Counted from the stretch's first letter, positions 21,003 to 31,464 are shown. The stretch: 64,000 nucleotides of DNA from Gammaproteobacteria bacterium (GCA_050298595.1 JBNKUM010000100.1:96001-160000), one strand, 5' to 3'. The notes: generated by a model from the letters alone, not told the origin. Numbers and translations are program-made.

Positions 21003-21184
21003 TTTTGCGTGCCTCGGTGATAAACTGGAAGCAATAGTTACACAATGAAGTAAAAAAGTAAACTAAGTATTCAATAAGTAAGTTATTTCTAGTACATGTG
21101 CGATTAGTAGGTATCCGATAAAAAATCTTTACAGATAAGTAGGTATCCATTTAATTCCAGAATAAAAAAATGGTTAATATAGGT

Positions 21185-21197
21185 TAAGTTATTGAAA
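21185..21197 (-). promoter_or_regulatory. Putative IHF site upstream of the hupS sigma54 promoter
   Basis: Minus strand TTTCAATAACTTA versus consensus WATCAANNNNTTR (one mismatch), ~20 bp upstream of the -24 element in an AT-rich region. Confidence 0.55.
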
Positions 21198-21215
21198 TTA
21201 CTTTCAAACACTGTG

Positions 21216-21232
21216 TTGGCACCAACGCTGCA
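21216..21232 (+). promoter_or_regulatory. Sigma54 (-24/-12) promoter of hupSLC
   Basis: TTGGCACCAACGCTGCA matches TGGCAC-N5-TTGCA with correct GG-N10-GC spacing, 43 bp upstream of hupS; GAFTGA-type activator is in the cluster. Confidence 0.85.
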
Positions 21233-21275
21233 TTATCAGGGGGGAGCATAATAAAACCATAAAAGAGGAAGTAAA

Positions 21276-22361
21276 ATGACTGAAACGTTTTATGACGTGA
21301 TGCGTCGACAGGGGATAACCCGTCGAAGCTTTTTAAAGTTCTGCAGTCTGACTGCTGCAGCCATGGGCTTAAGCCCAGCATTTGCAGGCAAGATAGCTCA
21401 TGCGATGGAGACCAAGCCGCGTATCCCTGTGTTATGGCTACATGGTCTGGAATGTACCTGCTGTTCTGAATCGTTTATCCGCTCTGGCCATCCGCTGGCT
21501 AAGGACGTGATTCTGTCGATGATTTCGCTGGACTACGATGACACTATCATGGCCGCTGCCGGGCATCAGGCCGAGGCGATTGTGGATGATGTGATCGCAG
21601 AGCATAAAGGTAAGTACATCCTGGCCTGCGAAGGTAACCCTGGACTGGAGCAGGAGAATACCGGCGGTATGTCCTGCATTATTGGCGGTAAGCCTTATAC
21701 CGAACAGCTACGACGTGCAGCCAAAGATGCGATGGCAATTATCTCCTGGGGGTCCTGTGCTTCCTGGGGCTGTGTGCAGGCGGCCAAACCGAATCCTACT
21801 GGTGCAACGCCAATCCATAAGGTACCTGATATCGGTAATGCACCCATTATCAAGGTGCCAGGTTGTCCTCCAATTGCCGAGGTTATGACCGCTGTGATTA
21901 CCTATATCCTGACCTTTGAACGCCTGCCCTCGATGGATCGTCAGGGCCGCCCGCAAATGTTTTACTCGCAGCGTATTCACGACAAGTGCTATCGCCGTCC
22001 GCATTTCGATGCGGGTCAGTTTGTTGAAAAATGGGATGACGAATCTGCTCGTAAAGGCTACTGCCTGTACAAGATGGGCTGTAAAGGTCCGACCACATAC
22101 AACGCCTGTTCTACTATTCGCTGGAATGGTGGGCTGTCGTTCCCGATTCAGGCGGGTCACCCCTGTATCGGTTGCTCGGAAGATGGTTTCTGGGATAAGG
22201 GCGGTTTCTATAACCGTCTGACTAACATCAATCAATTTGGTGTTGAATCCAATGCAGATAAGGTCGGTATGACCGCTGCGACTGTGGTGGGTGGTGCTGC
22301 GGCTGTACATGCTGCGGTTTCGGCCCTGAAACGTACCCAACAGAAAGGAGACCAGGAATAA
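21276..22361 (+). CDS. hupS: Membrane-bound uptake [NiFe]-hydrogenase small subunit (group 1d, six-Cys proximal cluster)
   Basis: Tat motif [32 protein letters not shown]-terminal membrane anchor. Confidence 0.97.
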   Translation: MTETFYDVMRRQGITRRSFLKFCSLTAAAMGLSPAFAGKIAHAMETKPRIPVLWLHGLECTCCSESFIRSGHPLAKDVILSMISLDYDDTIMAAAGHQAEAIVDDVIAEHKGKYILACEGNPGLEQENTGGMSCIIGGKPYTEQLRRAAKDAMAIISWGSCASWGCVQAAKPNPTGATPIHKVPDIGNAPIIKVPGCPPIAEVMTAVITYILTFERLPSMDRQGRPQMFYSQRIHDKCYRRPHFDAGQFVEKWDDESARKGYCLYKMGCKGPTTYNACSTIRWNGGLSFPIQAGHPCIGCSEDGFWDKGGFYNRLTNINQFGVESNADKVGMTAATVVGGAAAVHAAVSALKRTQQKGDQE

Positions 22362-24166
22362 TGAGCATTACAAATACGCCAAACGGCTATAAATTAGATA
22401 CAGCAGGCCAGCGTGTCGTGGTCGATCCGGTTACCCGTATCGAAGGGCATATGCGTGCTGAAGTGAATATCGATTCCAACAATATGATTACCAATGCGGT
22501 CTCCAGTGGCACCATCTGGCGCGGACTGGAAGTCATCCTGAAAGGTCGCGATCCACGCGATGCCTGGGCATTCGTACAACGCATCTGTGGTGTGTGTACT
22601 GGTACCCATGCGTTGACCTCGGTACGTGCGGTAGAGAATGCGCTGGGTATCAATATTCCAGAGAATGCCAACTCAATTCGTAACATCATGCAGCTGTCGT
22701 TGCAGGTGCACGATCATCTGGTGCATTTCTATCATTTGCATGCGCTGGACTGGGTAAACCCGGTGAATGCATTGAAGGCTGATCCGAAGGCCACTTCGGC
22801 ATTACAGCAGCAGGTGTCACCGCATCATCCTAACTCTTCACCAGGTTATTTCCGCGATGTGCAAAATCGCCTGAAGAAGTTTGTTGAGTCAGGCCAGCTT
22901 GGGCCATTCCGAAATGGCTACTGGAGCAATCCAGCTTACCTGTTACCACCCGAAGCCGACCTGATGGCTGTGACTCATTATCTGGAAGCACTGGATTTCC
23001 AGAAAGAAATCATGAAAACCAGAACTATCTTCGGTGGCAAGGATACACATCCAAACTGGACTGTCGGCGGTGTGCCCTGTCCGATCAATGTGGATGGTGT
23101 TGGCGCAGTCGGTGGGTTGAATATGGTTAACCTGAATCAGGTGCACCAGATTCTTAAGGACTCGCAAACCTTTATTAATAATGTCTACATCCCAGATATC
23201 CTGGCTATAGGTCAATTCTACAAAGGCTGGCTGTACGGTGGTGGCCTGTCCAGTCAGAGCGTCATGGCTTATGGTGATATTCCAGACAGGGCTAATGATT
23301 ATTCGCCATCTAATCTAATGATGCCAAGCGGTGCAATCATTAATGGTGATCTGAGCAAGGTGCATGACATTGATCTGACAGATCCTGAACAGGTGCAGGA
23401 ATTTGTTCCGCATAGCTGGTACAAATATCCGGATGGAGTAAAAGGTTTGCACCCCTGGGATGGTGTGACCAGTCCAGATTTTGATGTTAGTTCAGCCAAG
23501 GGTAGCAGTCAGAATATTGAAGAGCTTGATGAGAAAGCCAGTTACTCCTGGATCAAGGCGCCACGCTGGCGTGGTCACGCTATGGAAGTAGGTCCATTGG
23601 CACGCTACATCATCGGTTACGCAAAAGGGGATAAAGAGATTACCGAGCAGATTCAACTGGTACTAAAGACTCTTGATGTTCCGGTGACAGCATTGTTCTC
23701 AACGCTGGGGCGTACAGCGGCACGTGCATTAGAAGCTCAATGGGCAGCCGATAAACAGTTGTACTTCTTCGACAAGCTGATGACTAATATAAAGAATGGT
23801 GATTCTTCGACACACAGTGGTGAAATGTGGGATCCAGCAGAATGGCCTGCCGAAGCCAAAGGTGTTGGTTTTACCGAAGCACCACGGGGCGCATTAGGTC
23901 ACTGGATCAAAATCAAGGATACACGTATTGATAACTACCAGTGCGTAGTGCCAACAACCTGGAACGGTTCGCCGCGTGATGAGGCAGGAAATATCGGAGC
24001 ATTTGAAGCATCCATGATGAATACTAAAGTGGAAGTGCCGCACGAGCCCGTCGAGATCCTGCGTAATATCCATAGCTTTGATCCCTGTCTTGCCTGTTCA
24101 ACCCATGTGATGAGTGAAGACGGCGAAGAGCTGGCCAACGTGACTACCGGCCCCGTTGGGTCTTAG
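22361..24166 (+). CDS. hupL: Membrane-bound uptake [NiFe]-hydrogenase large subunit
   Basis: [10 protein letters not shown]1 [12 protein letters not shown]2 [11 protein letters not shown] followed by a cleavable extension. Confidence 0.97.
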   Translation: MSITNTPNGYKLDTAGQRVVVDPVTRIEGHMRAEVNIDSNNMITNAVSSGTIWRGLEVILKGRDPRDAWAFVQRICGVCTGTHALTSVRAVENALGINIPENANSIRNIMQLSLQVHDHLVHFYHLHALDWVNPVNALKADPKATSALQQQVSPHHPNSSPGYFRDVQNRLKKFVESGQLGPFRNGYWSNPAYLLPPEADLMAVTHYLEALDFQKEIMKTRTIFGGKDTHPNWTVGGVPCPINVDGVGAVGGLNMVNLNQVHQILKDSQTFINNVYIPDILAIGQFYKGWLYGGGLSSQSVMAYGDIPDRANDYSPSNLMMPSGAIINGDLSKVHDIDLTDPEQVQEFVPHSWYKYPDGVKGLHPWDGVTSPDFDVSSAKGSSQNIEELDEKASYSWIKAPRWRGHAMEVGPLARYIIGYAKGDKEITEQIQLVLKTLDVPVTALFSTLGRTAARALEAQWAADKQLYFFDKLMTNIKNGDSSTHSGEMWDPAEWPAEAKGVGFTEAPRGALGHWIKIKDTRIDNYQCVVPTTWNGSPRDEAGNIGAFEASMMNTKVEVPHEPVEILRNIHSFDPCLACSTHVMSEDGEELANVTTGPVGS

Positions 24167-24178
24167 GAGGGTAGTGCT

Positions 24179-24892
24179 ATGACAACCTTGGCAACCAAGC
24201 CTCATAACGAGCCTGCGGTCTATGTATACGAAGCTCCATTACGACTCTGGCACTGGATTAATGCTTTATCAATAGTGGTGCTGTGTTTGACGGGTTATTT
24301 TATCGGCAGTCCATTGCCAACCATGCCTGGTGAGGCGAGTGAAAACTTTCTGATGGGGTATATCCGTTTTACACATTTTTCTGCGGCCTATATATTCGCT
24401 ATAGGTTTTTTGTTCCGCATCTACTGGGCATTTGTCGGTAATTCACATGCGCGCCAGATCTTCCTGCCGTCCATCTTTAGCGCAAGCTTCTGGGATGGCG
24501 CATGGCATGAATTGAAATGGTATTTCTTTCTGACGCGTGAGCCGCGCAAGTACATAGGACACAATCCTCTGGCGATATTTGCCATGCATATTCTATTTGT
24601 ATGGACCGTATTGTTTATGATTGTAACTGGTTTTGCTTTATATGGTGAAGGCGCGGGCTATGACAGCTGGCAACATGCCGTGTTCTCATCCTGGGTGATT
24701 CCATTGTTCGGACAGAGTCAGGATGTGCATAGCTGGCACCATCTGATCATGTGGGTGATGATCTGTTTCATCATAACGCATATCTATGTCGCGATCCGCG
24801 AAGACATCATGTCGCGCCAGAGTCTGGTGAGTACCATGATTAGTGGTTGGCGTACGTTTAAGGACAATCGCGCGCCGGAGGATGAGCATTAG
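24179..24892 (+). CDS. hupC: Hydrogenase b-type cytochrome subunit
   Basis: YVYEAPLRLWHW, GHNPLA, HSWHHL, HIYVAIREDIMSRQS. Confidence 0.96.
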   Translation: MTTLATKPHNEPAVYVYEAPLRLWHWINALSIVVLCLTGYFIGSPLPTMPGEASENFLMGYIRFTHFSAAYIFAIGFLFRIYWAFVGNSHARQIFLPSIFSASFWDGAWHELKWYFFLTREPRKYIGHNPLAIFAMHILFVWTVLFMIVTGFALYGEGAGYDSWQHAVFSSWVIPLFGQSQDVHSWHHLIMWVMICFIITHIYVAIREDIMSRQSLVSTMISGWRTFKDNRAPEDEH

Positions 24893-24927
24893 AGTGTAAT
24901 AACCGTCTTTTCCTCGATAAGTGTGTC

Positions 24928-24985
24928 CGCAGCGTACTCGAATCCTCATGTATGTTTTATATACTACCGGTCCGCGTACGCTGCG
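24928..24985. repeat. Inverted repeat (REP-like or RNA hairpin) downstream of hupC
   Basis: Perfect 10 bp arms CGCAGCGTAC (24928-24937) and GTACGCTGCG (24976-24985). Confidence 0.45.
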
Positions 24986-25074
24986 TTCTGGCTCTCATGA
25001 AAAAAATCTGGTTTTTTATAACCTCAAGTTTCGGAGTTCAAAATGAAAAAAACCTGATCACTCCGACATTACTC

Positions 25075-25570
25075 ATTTCCTGCAAAACTCAGTGTATCCA
25101 TTTGCTCTTGTATCTGTGATCGAATATCTCCGATACTCTCTTCCTGTTCTTCCAGCATATTATGTACCAGCATTAAATATCGAATGGCGCATAGGTGTTT
25201 CGAGGCAGTGAGTGATGTAAAAGTACAGTCTGCTCCTTAAGAAGTCCAGGATGTTGTTTCGCTTCCCTGAAATAGACTTCAATCCCTTATCGTAACGCAT
25301 AGACTTTCAGCATTTTAGTCATGCTCAGATCAACATTTTTTTAAGAACAATGACCAGCCTTTATTGCTGGTCTCCGATTCATTGGGTTGATTTAATCCCA
25401 GAACAAACAACAGTCGTACCAGTTGCTACTGAGGTACCTTTTTGTCTTCTCTGGATATACAGATCAACGTCCAGTATCACAGCACGCCAGGGCAAGCTGA
25501 GTACTTTTTTCATTTTACCGCTGTGCTATACAGATCTTTTGCCTATAGCAATTGTTTTTTTCTTCCTTTA
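25075..25570 (-). pseudogene. Degraded IS4-superfamily DDE transposase fragment
   Basis: Manual minus-strand translation gives KMLKVYALR*GIEVYFREAKQHPGLLKEQT and, after a frameshift, HLCAIRYLMLVH; this is the Y-x2-R-W-x-I-E-x2-F-R-x2-K signature with the W codon replaced by a stop (25287-25289). Confidence 0.75.
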
Positions 25571-25773
25571 ATCTAGAATCCACAGTTGGACGAGTTGTAG
25601 TGTGTTTGCGGTGGTGTAGATCAAGGGGTTACAGTGCAGAGATACGCTATCTCAAACGTGCAATTCAGCTCGTAGTGGGATTCACCTCTTTGGTGAAAAT
25701 ACAAACCGACTGTGATCGTTTACGAAGCAGAGGGTTACCTACTAATACGAGCGGTCAACTGCGGAATCCAGGT
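25571..25773. mobile_element. MITE copy 1 (203 bp)
   Basis: Ends ATCTAGAATCCACAGTTG and CAACTGCGGAATCCAGGT are imperfect inverted repeats; TTA on both flanks; homologous to 35501-35618 and 51246-51488. Confidence 0.8.
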
Positions 25774-25793
25774 TTAATCCGAGGGAGGTTTAA

Positions 25794-26312
25794 ATGAGTC
25801 TGGTATGGCGTGAGAAAATGAGCGTACACAACAGCTTGATTGATAAGGAACATAAATACCTGATCGATCAGATCAATGCGCTTGAGGTGGCAATTAATAC
25901 ACATGATAACCACGATATTCTAGTCGAAATTCTGAATCATCTGATGGGCTATACGAAAACTCATTTTGAGCATGAAGAAATGATTCAGAAAAAGATAAAC
26001 TACCCTGGAATCTCTGAGCATATAGAGGAGCATCGCAAACTCATCGACGAGTTCACAGGTATTAAAGCTAGACTGGATGAGATTCTGTTAAGTGTCGAAT
26101 TTGCTGAAAAGCCGTCGGAGGGAGATAATATTACCGACGATGAAATAAACGATTTGCTATCTGATGATGCCCCAGATGAACCCCTGAGTAAGAAAGACCT
26201 GGAGCCTCTGATTGGACTGATGCGCCACTGGTTGATTGATCACATCATAGGCAGTGATCTGAAACTGAAGCCCCTACTACTAAAACACCCCGTTGATTTA
26301 AGTTTCGACTGA
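25794..26312 (+). CDS. Single-domain bacteriohemerythrin
   Basis: W..MSV...IDKEH, THFEHEE, YP..SEHIEEH, WLIDHIIGSD di-iron ligand set; GGGAGG RBS. Confidence 0.9.
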   Translation: MSLVWREKMSVHNSLIDKEHKYLIDQINALEVAINTHDNHDILVEILNHLMGYTKTHFEHEEMIQKKINYPGISEHIEEHRKLIDEFTGIKARLDEILLSVEFAEKPSEGDNITDDEINDLLSDDAPDEPLSKKDLEPLIGLMRHWLIDHIIGSDLKLKPLLLKHPVDLSFD

Positions 26313-26397
26313 TTGGATACTTAACTTTATCGAGCCTGAAAGCCAATATATTCGGCGATTGATTACAAAATACCGGGTGTTATTTCCAGCTACGCAG

Positions 26398-27159
26398 TTA
26401 CTCTTTTAAACGATAGCCTGTTTTAAACATCCACCACACGATGCTGGAGCAGATCGCCAGAAATAACAAAATAACCCCCAGGCTTATAACGACATTCACA
26501 TCAGAAACACCAAAGAAGCTCCAGCGAAAACCACTAACCAGATAAAGTACCGGATTGAACAGGGTAATGGTCTGCCACACAGGTGGCAGCATACTCACCG
26601 AATAAAAAGTGCCGCCGAGGAACACCAGTGGTGTAATGATTAATAAGGGGACAACCTGTAATTTTTCAAAGTTGTTTGCCCACAGGCCTATAATAAAACC
26701 TAACAGGCTGAATGAAATACAGGTAAGCACCAGAAACATAACCATCCAGACCGGGTGGTCGATGCGTAAATCTACAAAAAAAGCTGCAGTAATCAAGATG
26801 ATGATGCCAAGAATCATGGACTTCGAAGCTGCGGCCCCTACATAGCCCAGTATGATTTCGAAGAATGAAATCGGGGCTGACATGACTTCATATACCGTGC
26901 CGGTGAATTTGGGGAAGAAGATACCAAACGAGGCATTCGAAACGCTTTGTGTCAGTATCGATAACATCATCAGGCCCGGCACAATAAACAACCCATAGCT
27001 TACACCGTCAACCGCCTGTATGCGTGAGCCGATGGCTGAGCCAAATACAATAAAATAGAGCGCAGTTGATAAAACCGGTGATGCAATACTTTGGAACAGG
27101 GTGTGCCAGGTGCGTAGCATCTCATATTTGTAAATAACTTTGACGGCTTGTATATTCAT
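26398..27159 (-). CDS. ABC-2 type transporter permease (YadH-like)
   Basis: Six TM segments; [31 protein letters not shown]. Confidence 0.88.
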   Translation of the reverse strand: MNIQAVKVIYKYEMLRTWHTLFQSIASPVLSTALYFIVFGSAIGSRIQAVDGVSYGLFIVPGLMMLSILTQSVSNASFGIFFPKFTGTVYEVMSAPISFFEIILGYVGAAASKSMILGIIILITAAFFVDLRIDHPVWMVMFLVLTCISFSLLGFIIGLWANNFEKLQVVPLLIITPLVFLGGTFYSVSMLPPVWQTITLFNPVLYLVSGFRWSFFGVSDVNVVISLGVILLFLAICSSIVWWMFKTGYRLKE

Positions 27160-28086
27160 TTATTTATCTGCCTGCACCAGGTTGACAAAAATATCCTGTA
27201 ACGAACTTTCCGTTGTGCGGAGGTCTTTCATCGATAACCCCGCATTATGCATATCCTGAAGCAGGGCTGTGATGCCGGTGCTTTTACCCTGAGTGTCGTA
27301 GGTGAATATGAGTTCATTGCCATCGTCTGCAAGTTCAAGCGCATGTGAGTTTAGCGACTCAGGTACTTTATGGATGGGTTCCTTGAGTTCAATAATCAAT
27401 TGTTTGCGCCCCAGCTCCTGCATCAGGTTTACCTTGTCATCGACAAGTAATAGTTGTCCATCATTGATAACACCGACGCGATCTGCAATCTGTTCGGCTT
27501 CTTCAATATAATGCGTAGTCAAGATGATAGTGACACCTGAGTCACGTAGTTTGTTAACGATACGCCACATATCTTTACGTAGCTCAACATCGACCCCGGC
27601 GGTGGGCTCATCCAGAAACAGAATCTTTGGCTGATGAGAAAGTGCTTTAGCGATAAGCACTCTGCGTTTCATACCGCCTGATAGCATGCGTAGCTCATTA
27701 TCCTTCTTGTCCCACAATGACAGGTCTTTGAGTAATTGCTCGAGATAGGCATCATCCGCTTTTTTACCAAACAGGCCTCTGCTAAAGCGTAAGGTGTCCC
27801 ATACCCTCTCGAATGCAGAAAGTGTGAGCTCCTGTGGCACCAGGCCAATCTGACTACGGGCTTGCCGATAATCTTCAATAATATCAAAACCACCAACGCT
27901 AACCTCGCCTGAAGTGGGTGACACCAGGCCGCATATCACTGAAATTAATGTCGTTTTGCCAGCGCCATTAGGTCCAAGCAAGGCGAGTATCTCACCTTCT
28001 TTGATATCGAGGTTGACCTGTTTGAGTGCCTGAAACCCGCCCTCGTAGGTCTTGCTGAGGTTAGAAATGGAAATGATTGTCGTCAT
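27160..28086 (-). CDS. ABC transporter ATP-binding protein (YadG-like)
   Basis: [35 protein letters not shown]. Confidence 0.92.
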   Translation of the reverse strand: MTTIISISNLSKTYEGGFQALKQVNLDIKEGEILALLGPNGAGKTTLISVICGLVSPTSGEVSVGGFDIIEDYRQARSQIGLVPQELTLSAFERVWDTLRFSRGLFGKKADDAYLEQLLKDLSLWDKKDNELRMLSGGMKRRVLIAKALSHQPKILFLDEPTAGVDVELRKDMWRIVNKLRDSGVTIILTTHYIEEAEQIADRVGVINDGQLLLVDDKVNLMQELGRKQLIIELKEPIHKVPESLNSHALELADDGNELIFTYDTQGKSTGITALLQDMHNAGLSMKDLRTTESSLQDIFVNLVQADK

Positions 28087-28338
28087 GTCTGAATGATACG
28101 GTATATTGAGAGCGGATGGTTAATCCAGACGATATGGAGGCAAGTATTTTTATTTCAATCGTACAACCCGGTTTTATCCCGGCTCGAATGAGGCAGTTAC
28201 TAGAATTTACAGTTTCCTTTTATTGAGGTTAAGTAGAACTCCATGCAGGAAAGCCAATGCGACACCTGAAGACCAGCCATGCCCATGTTACCTTGTCTTT
28301 GATGATCTGGCGCATCTTGCTGGTTTGATGCTTCAGCA

Positions 28339-29181
28339 TTACCAGCGCCGATTAATTGCATAGTCACCAGAATGTTTTACAAACGGCATCAATAGCATGC
28401 CCGGTAAATAGTCCACCTGTATGGGGTCGCGAAAATCTTCAACACCCAGTTTCATTTCAATATGACCTTCTTCTGGCTGAGCCAGGTAAGTACCGAATAA
28501 GCGATCCCACCAGGGGAGGCTGAAGCCAAAATTCGAATTTGCTAAAGATGCTTTTACAGAATGATGAACGCGGTGCATATCAGGTGTTACCACAAAAAGC
28601 CGTAAGATGCGGTCAATTTTTTCAGGAATATAGATGTTTCCATGATTAAACATAGCGCTTGCATTTAACAAAACTTCAAAGATCAGCACGGCAACAACCG
28701 GAGGACCCAGAGCCATAATGGTGGCAAATTTGATCATCATCGAAAGTATAATTTCAAAGGTATGGAAGCGTGCACCAGTAGTCACATCGTAATCAAGATC
28801 GGCATGATGTACTCGATGTAAACGCCATAGAACAGGTATGGCATGAACCATCACATGCTGCAGGTAGATAACAAAATCCATGGCAATTACCGCAATAACA
28901 ACCGAAAACCAGAAAGAAAACTCGTAGCTGTTGAGTAGCCCCCAGCCTTTTTGTTGTGCAACAAGGGCTACTCCAATAGCAGCAGTAGGAAACAGGATGC
29001 GTAGAATAAAGCTGTTAAGAAAGGTCAGTGACAGATTGTTAATCCAGCGAACGCCTTTTGACACATTGAGCTTACGGCGAGGAGCGCGTATTTCCCAAAC
29101 AGCAATGATGGCAAATACGCCAAAAAAGAAACTCAAACGAACAGGCATTTCATGCCCAAGTATCCAGTCGGTTATATTCAT
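28339..29181 (-). CDS. Sterol desaturase / fatty acid hydroxylase superfamily protein
   Basis: His boxes QHVMVH, LHRVHH, FNHGN, MHRVHH; NSNFGF..PWWDRLFGT. Confidence 0.9.
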   Translation of the reverse strand: MNITDWILGHEMPVRLSFFFGVFAIIAVWEIRAPRRKLNVSKGVRWINNLSLTFLNSFILRILFPTAAIGVALVAQQKGWGLLNSYEFSFWFSVVIAVIAMDFVIYLQHVMVHAIPVLWRLHRVHHADLDYDVTTGARFHTFEIILSMMIKFATIMALGPPVVAVLIFEVLLNASAMFNHGNIYIPEKIDRILRLFVVTPDMHRVHHSVKASLANSNFGFSLPWWDRLFGTYLAQPEEGHIEMKLGVEDFRDPIQVDYLPGMLLMPFVKHSGDYAINRRW

Positions 29182-29233
29182 AGTCGGTTTCCTAAATCCG
29201 GGTGTCTGTTATACTTATCGTGATGAGGTCTTG

Positions 29234-29255
29234 AATTCAATAGATCTCTTGAATT
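29234..29255. promoter_or_regulatory. Palindromic operator, probably for the adjacent ArsR-rhodanese regulator
   Basis: AATTCAATAGATCTCTTGAATT, near-perfect palindrome in the short divergent intergenic gap. Confidence 0.65.
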
Positions 29256-29277
29256 ATTGAAAGCCAGGATAACCCAT

Positions 29278-29940
29278 ATGTCAACAGAAAATTTCAAACA
29301 CAACCTTTTTAATCAGTTTTCACGTGTTGCAAAGGCTATGAGCAACGGTTATCGGTTGGAATTACTCGAATTTCTGGCGCAGGGTGAACGCAGTGTTGAT
29401 GCGCTTGCAAAGGTGGCCGGCTTATCGGTGGCAAATACTTCGCAACATTTACAGCAGTTACTGCAGGCGGGTCTGGTCTCTAATCGTAAAGAAGGGCATA
29501 AGGTTTATTACAATCTGACCGGAATGGACGTTGTAGAGCTGATGGGGTCGCTCAGAAATGTAGCTGAGCGGCATTTAGCCGATGTAGGCAGGCTGGTAAA
29601 CGACTACCTGACGGTCAAGGATAATCTTGAGCCAATATCTGCCAGCCAATTGCTTGAGAGAACGAAAGATGGGCTGGTTACTGTGCTGGATGTTCGACCA
29701 AGAGAAGAATATGATGCAGGGCATCTGCCTGGAGCTGTTAACATTCCTGCACAAGAGCTGGAACAGCAACTGAATAATTTGGCTGATCATCAGGAAGTGG
29801 TTGCCTATTGCCGAGGCCCGCATTGTGTACTGGCATTTGACGCGGTAGAAAAATTAAAGGCAAAGGGGATTTCTGCTCGTCGTCTGAACGGCGGGATGCC
29901 TGAATGGAAATTAGAAGGATATCCCGTTGAGACGTCTTGA
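29278..29940 (+). CDS. ArsR/SmtB-family regulator fused to a rhodanese domain
   Basis: RLELLEFLAQGERSV..LA...SVANTSQHL HTH; LDVRP.EEY.AGHLPGA and YCRGPHC rhodanese loop; ATG at 29278 after AGGA. Confidence 0.92.
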   Translation: MSTENFKHNLFNQFSRVAKAMSNGYRLELLEFLAQGERSVDALAKVAGLSVANTSQHLQQLLQAGLVSNRKEGHKVYYNLTGMDVVELMGSLRNVAERHLADVGRLVNDYLTVKDNLEPISASQLLERTKDGLVTVLDVRPREEYDAGHLPGAVNIPAQELEQQLNNLADHQEVVAYCRGPHCVLAFDAVEKLKAKGISARRLNGGMPEWKLEGYPVETS

Positions 29941-29992
29941 AAATTCAGTGAGTTTTTTAAATGTGTAAACCCCAAATCTAACCTGAGATACG

Positions 29993-30343
29993 TTGATGCC
30001 ATTTGATTGTTTATTTTGCGGGCACGAAAAATTTGAAGTGGTCGCCGAAAACGAACTTAGCTATGCAATAAGGGATAAATATCCGGTCACACATCTGCAT
30101 ACATTAATAATATGCAAAAAACACTACAAGACAGTATTCGATTGTCCATCAACAGAATTATTAAGCATTATTGAGCTGGCAAAAGAATGCCGTCTTAGTA
30201 TTGAAGCGATGGATGAAACAGTAAAAGGTTTTAATTTAGGTTCAAACTCAGGAGCGGTAGCCGGACAGAAAATAAACCATGTTCATTTTCATTTAATACC
30301 CAGGCGTTTCGGTGATGTTGAACCTTCACCCGCGTATGGATGA
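29993..30343 (+). CDS. HIT family nucleotide hydrolase
   Basis: CLFC, DKYPVT..HTLII, AGQKINHVHFHLIPR histidine triad. Confidence 0.9.
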   Translation: MMPFDCLFCGHEKFEVVAENELSYAIRDKYPVTHLHTLIICKKHYKTVFDCPSTELLSIIELAKECRLSIEAMDETVKGFNLGSNSGAVAGQKINHVHFHLIPRRFGDVEPSPAYG

Positions 30344-30453
30344 CGTTTTATAAAGTAGTTTAAATCAAGATCGAAAAGGGATTGTTGTGAGTTTATCTAT
30401 CGGTAATAGTGGTAGCCCTCAAATATACACAGTTATCCTTAGAAGAATTTATC

Positions 30454-31464
30454 ATGTTAGCTACGTTTAAAATTATTTTATATTCTTTTGTACTGGTGGC
30501 ATTAAGTATTACCGCTTTGCTTGGCTATATGACCTGGATGCCAGCCCCTGATTTTGAAGGTGATGAAAAGGAAATTAAATTTGAGTCGAGTGGATTAGAA
30601 GAGAGACTGGGCGGGCATGTGGTTCGCTTATCAGAATCCAGAGTAGGCCGCAATATTATTGCTGCAGATAGCTTAACCCCAGCCAGGAATTACATCGCCA
30701 ATCAATTTAAAAGTATCGGCTTTAATCCCGAATATCAAAGCTACGATATTGAGGGTGATGAATATTCAAACATCATTATTGATATTCCATCATCTGTGAA
30801 AGGAGCTCCGGTTCTTATCGTTGGGGCTCACTATGATAGTGTCGAAAATTCGCCGGGAGCTAATGATAATGCATCAGGCGTTGCTGCTCTTATTGAAATA
30901 GGGAGATACTTTTCTATAAATCAGCCGCTACATAATCACCTGAGACTCATTGCTTTTGCAAATGAAGAGCCTCCATTTTTTCATACTGATGAGATGGGTA
31001 GTTTGATCTATGCAAAGACACTCTCGGGTAAGGATGAAACCGTTTTGGGGATGATATCCCTGGAAACTATTGGCTATTACACAGAAGCTAAAGGCAGTCA
31101 GAAATATCCCCGTTTTTTTGACCGGCTTTATTCTGATCAGGGAAACTTTCTATCTTTTGTAGGTAATTTTCAGTCAAGGAATCTCCTTACTTCTTCAATT
31201 GCGCTATTCAGGAAGCAGAGTAAAGTGCCTTCGCAAGGTGTAGTTTCCCCAGCTTTTGTACCTGGAGTTGGGTGGTCAGATCATTGGTCATTCTGGAAGG
31301 CGGGGTTTAATGCAATTATGGTTACCGATACTGCTCTGTATAGATATCAGCATTATCATGAGACTAGCGATACGCCTGAAAAATTAAATTACCAACAGTA
31401 CGCTAAAGTTGTTTATGGGTTGTATAAGGTTATTGAGGGGATAGTTTCTCAGAGCAATGAGTAG
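30454..31464 (+). CDS. M28 family metallopeptidase, N-terminally anchored
   Basis: GAHYDS, PGANDNASG, NEEPP, SDHWSFW, YHETSD. Confidence 0.9.
   Translation: MLATFKIILYSFVLVALSITALLGYMTWMPAPDFEGDEKEIKFESSGLEERLGGHVVRLSESRVGRNIIAADSLTPARNYIANQFKSIGFNPEYQSYDIEGDEYSNIIIDIPSSVKGAPVLIVGAHYDSVENSPGANDNASGVAALIEIGRYFSINQPLHNHLRLIAFANEEPPFFHTDEMGSLIYAKTLSGKDETVLGMISLETIGYYTEAKGSQKYPRFFDRLYSDQGNFLSFVGNFQSRNLLTSSIALFRKQSKVPSQGVVSPAFVPGVGWSDHWSFWKAGFNAIMVTDTALYRYQHYHETSDTPEKLNYQQYAKVVYGLYKVIEGIVSQSNE

Noticed and set aside
21708-22340. 210 aa antisense ORF in hupS, and similar shadow ORFs across hup, hyp and glp genes
   Set aside because: Fully overlap conserved genes, no motifs; expected from codon bias.
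25350-25797. Plus-strand ORFs of 73 and 81 aa
   Set aside because: They lie over the minus-strand transposase relic and the MITE.
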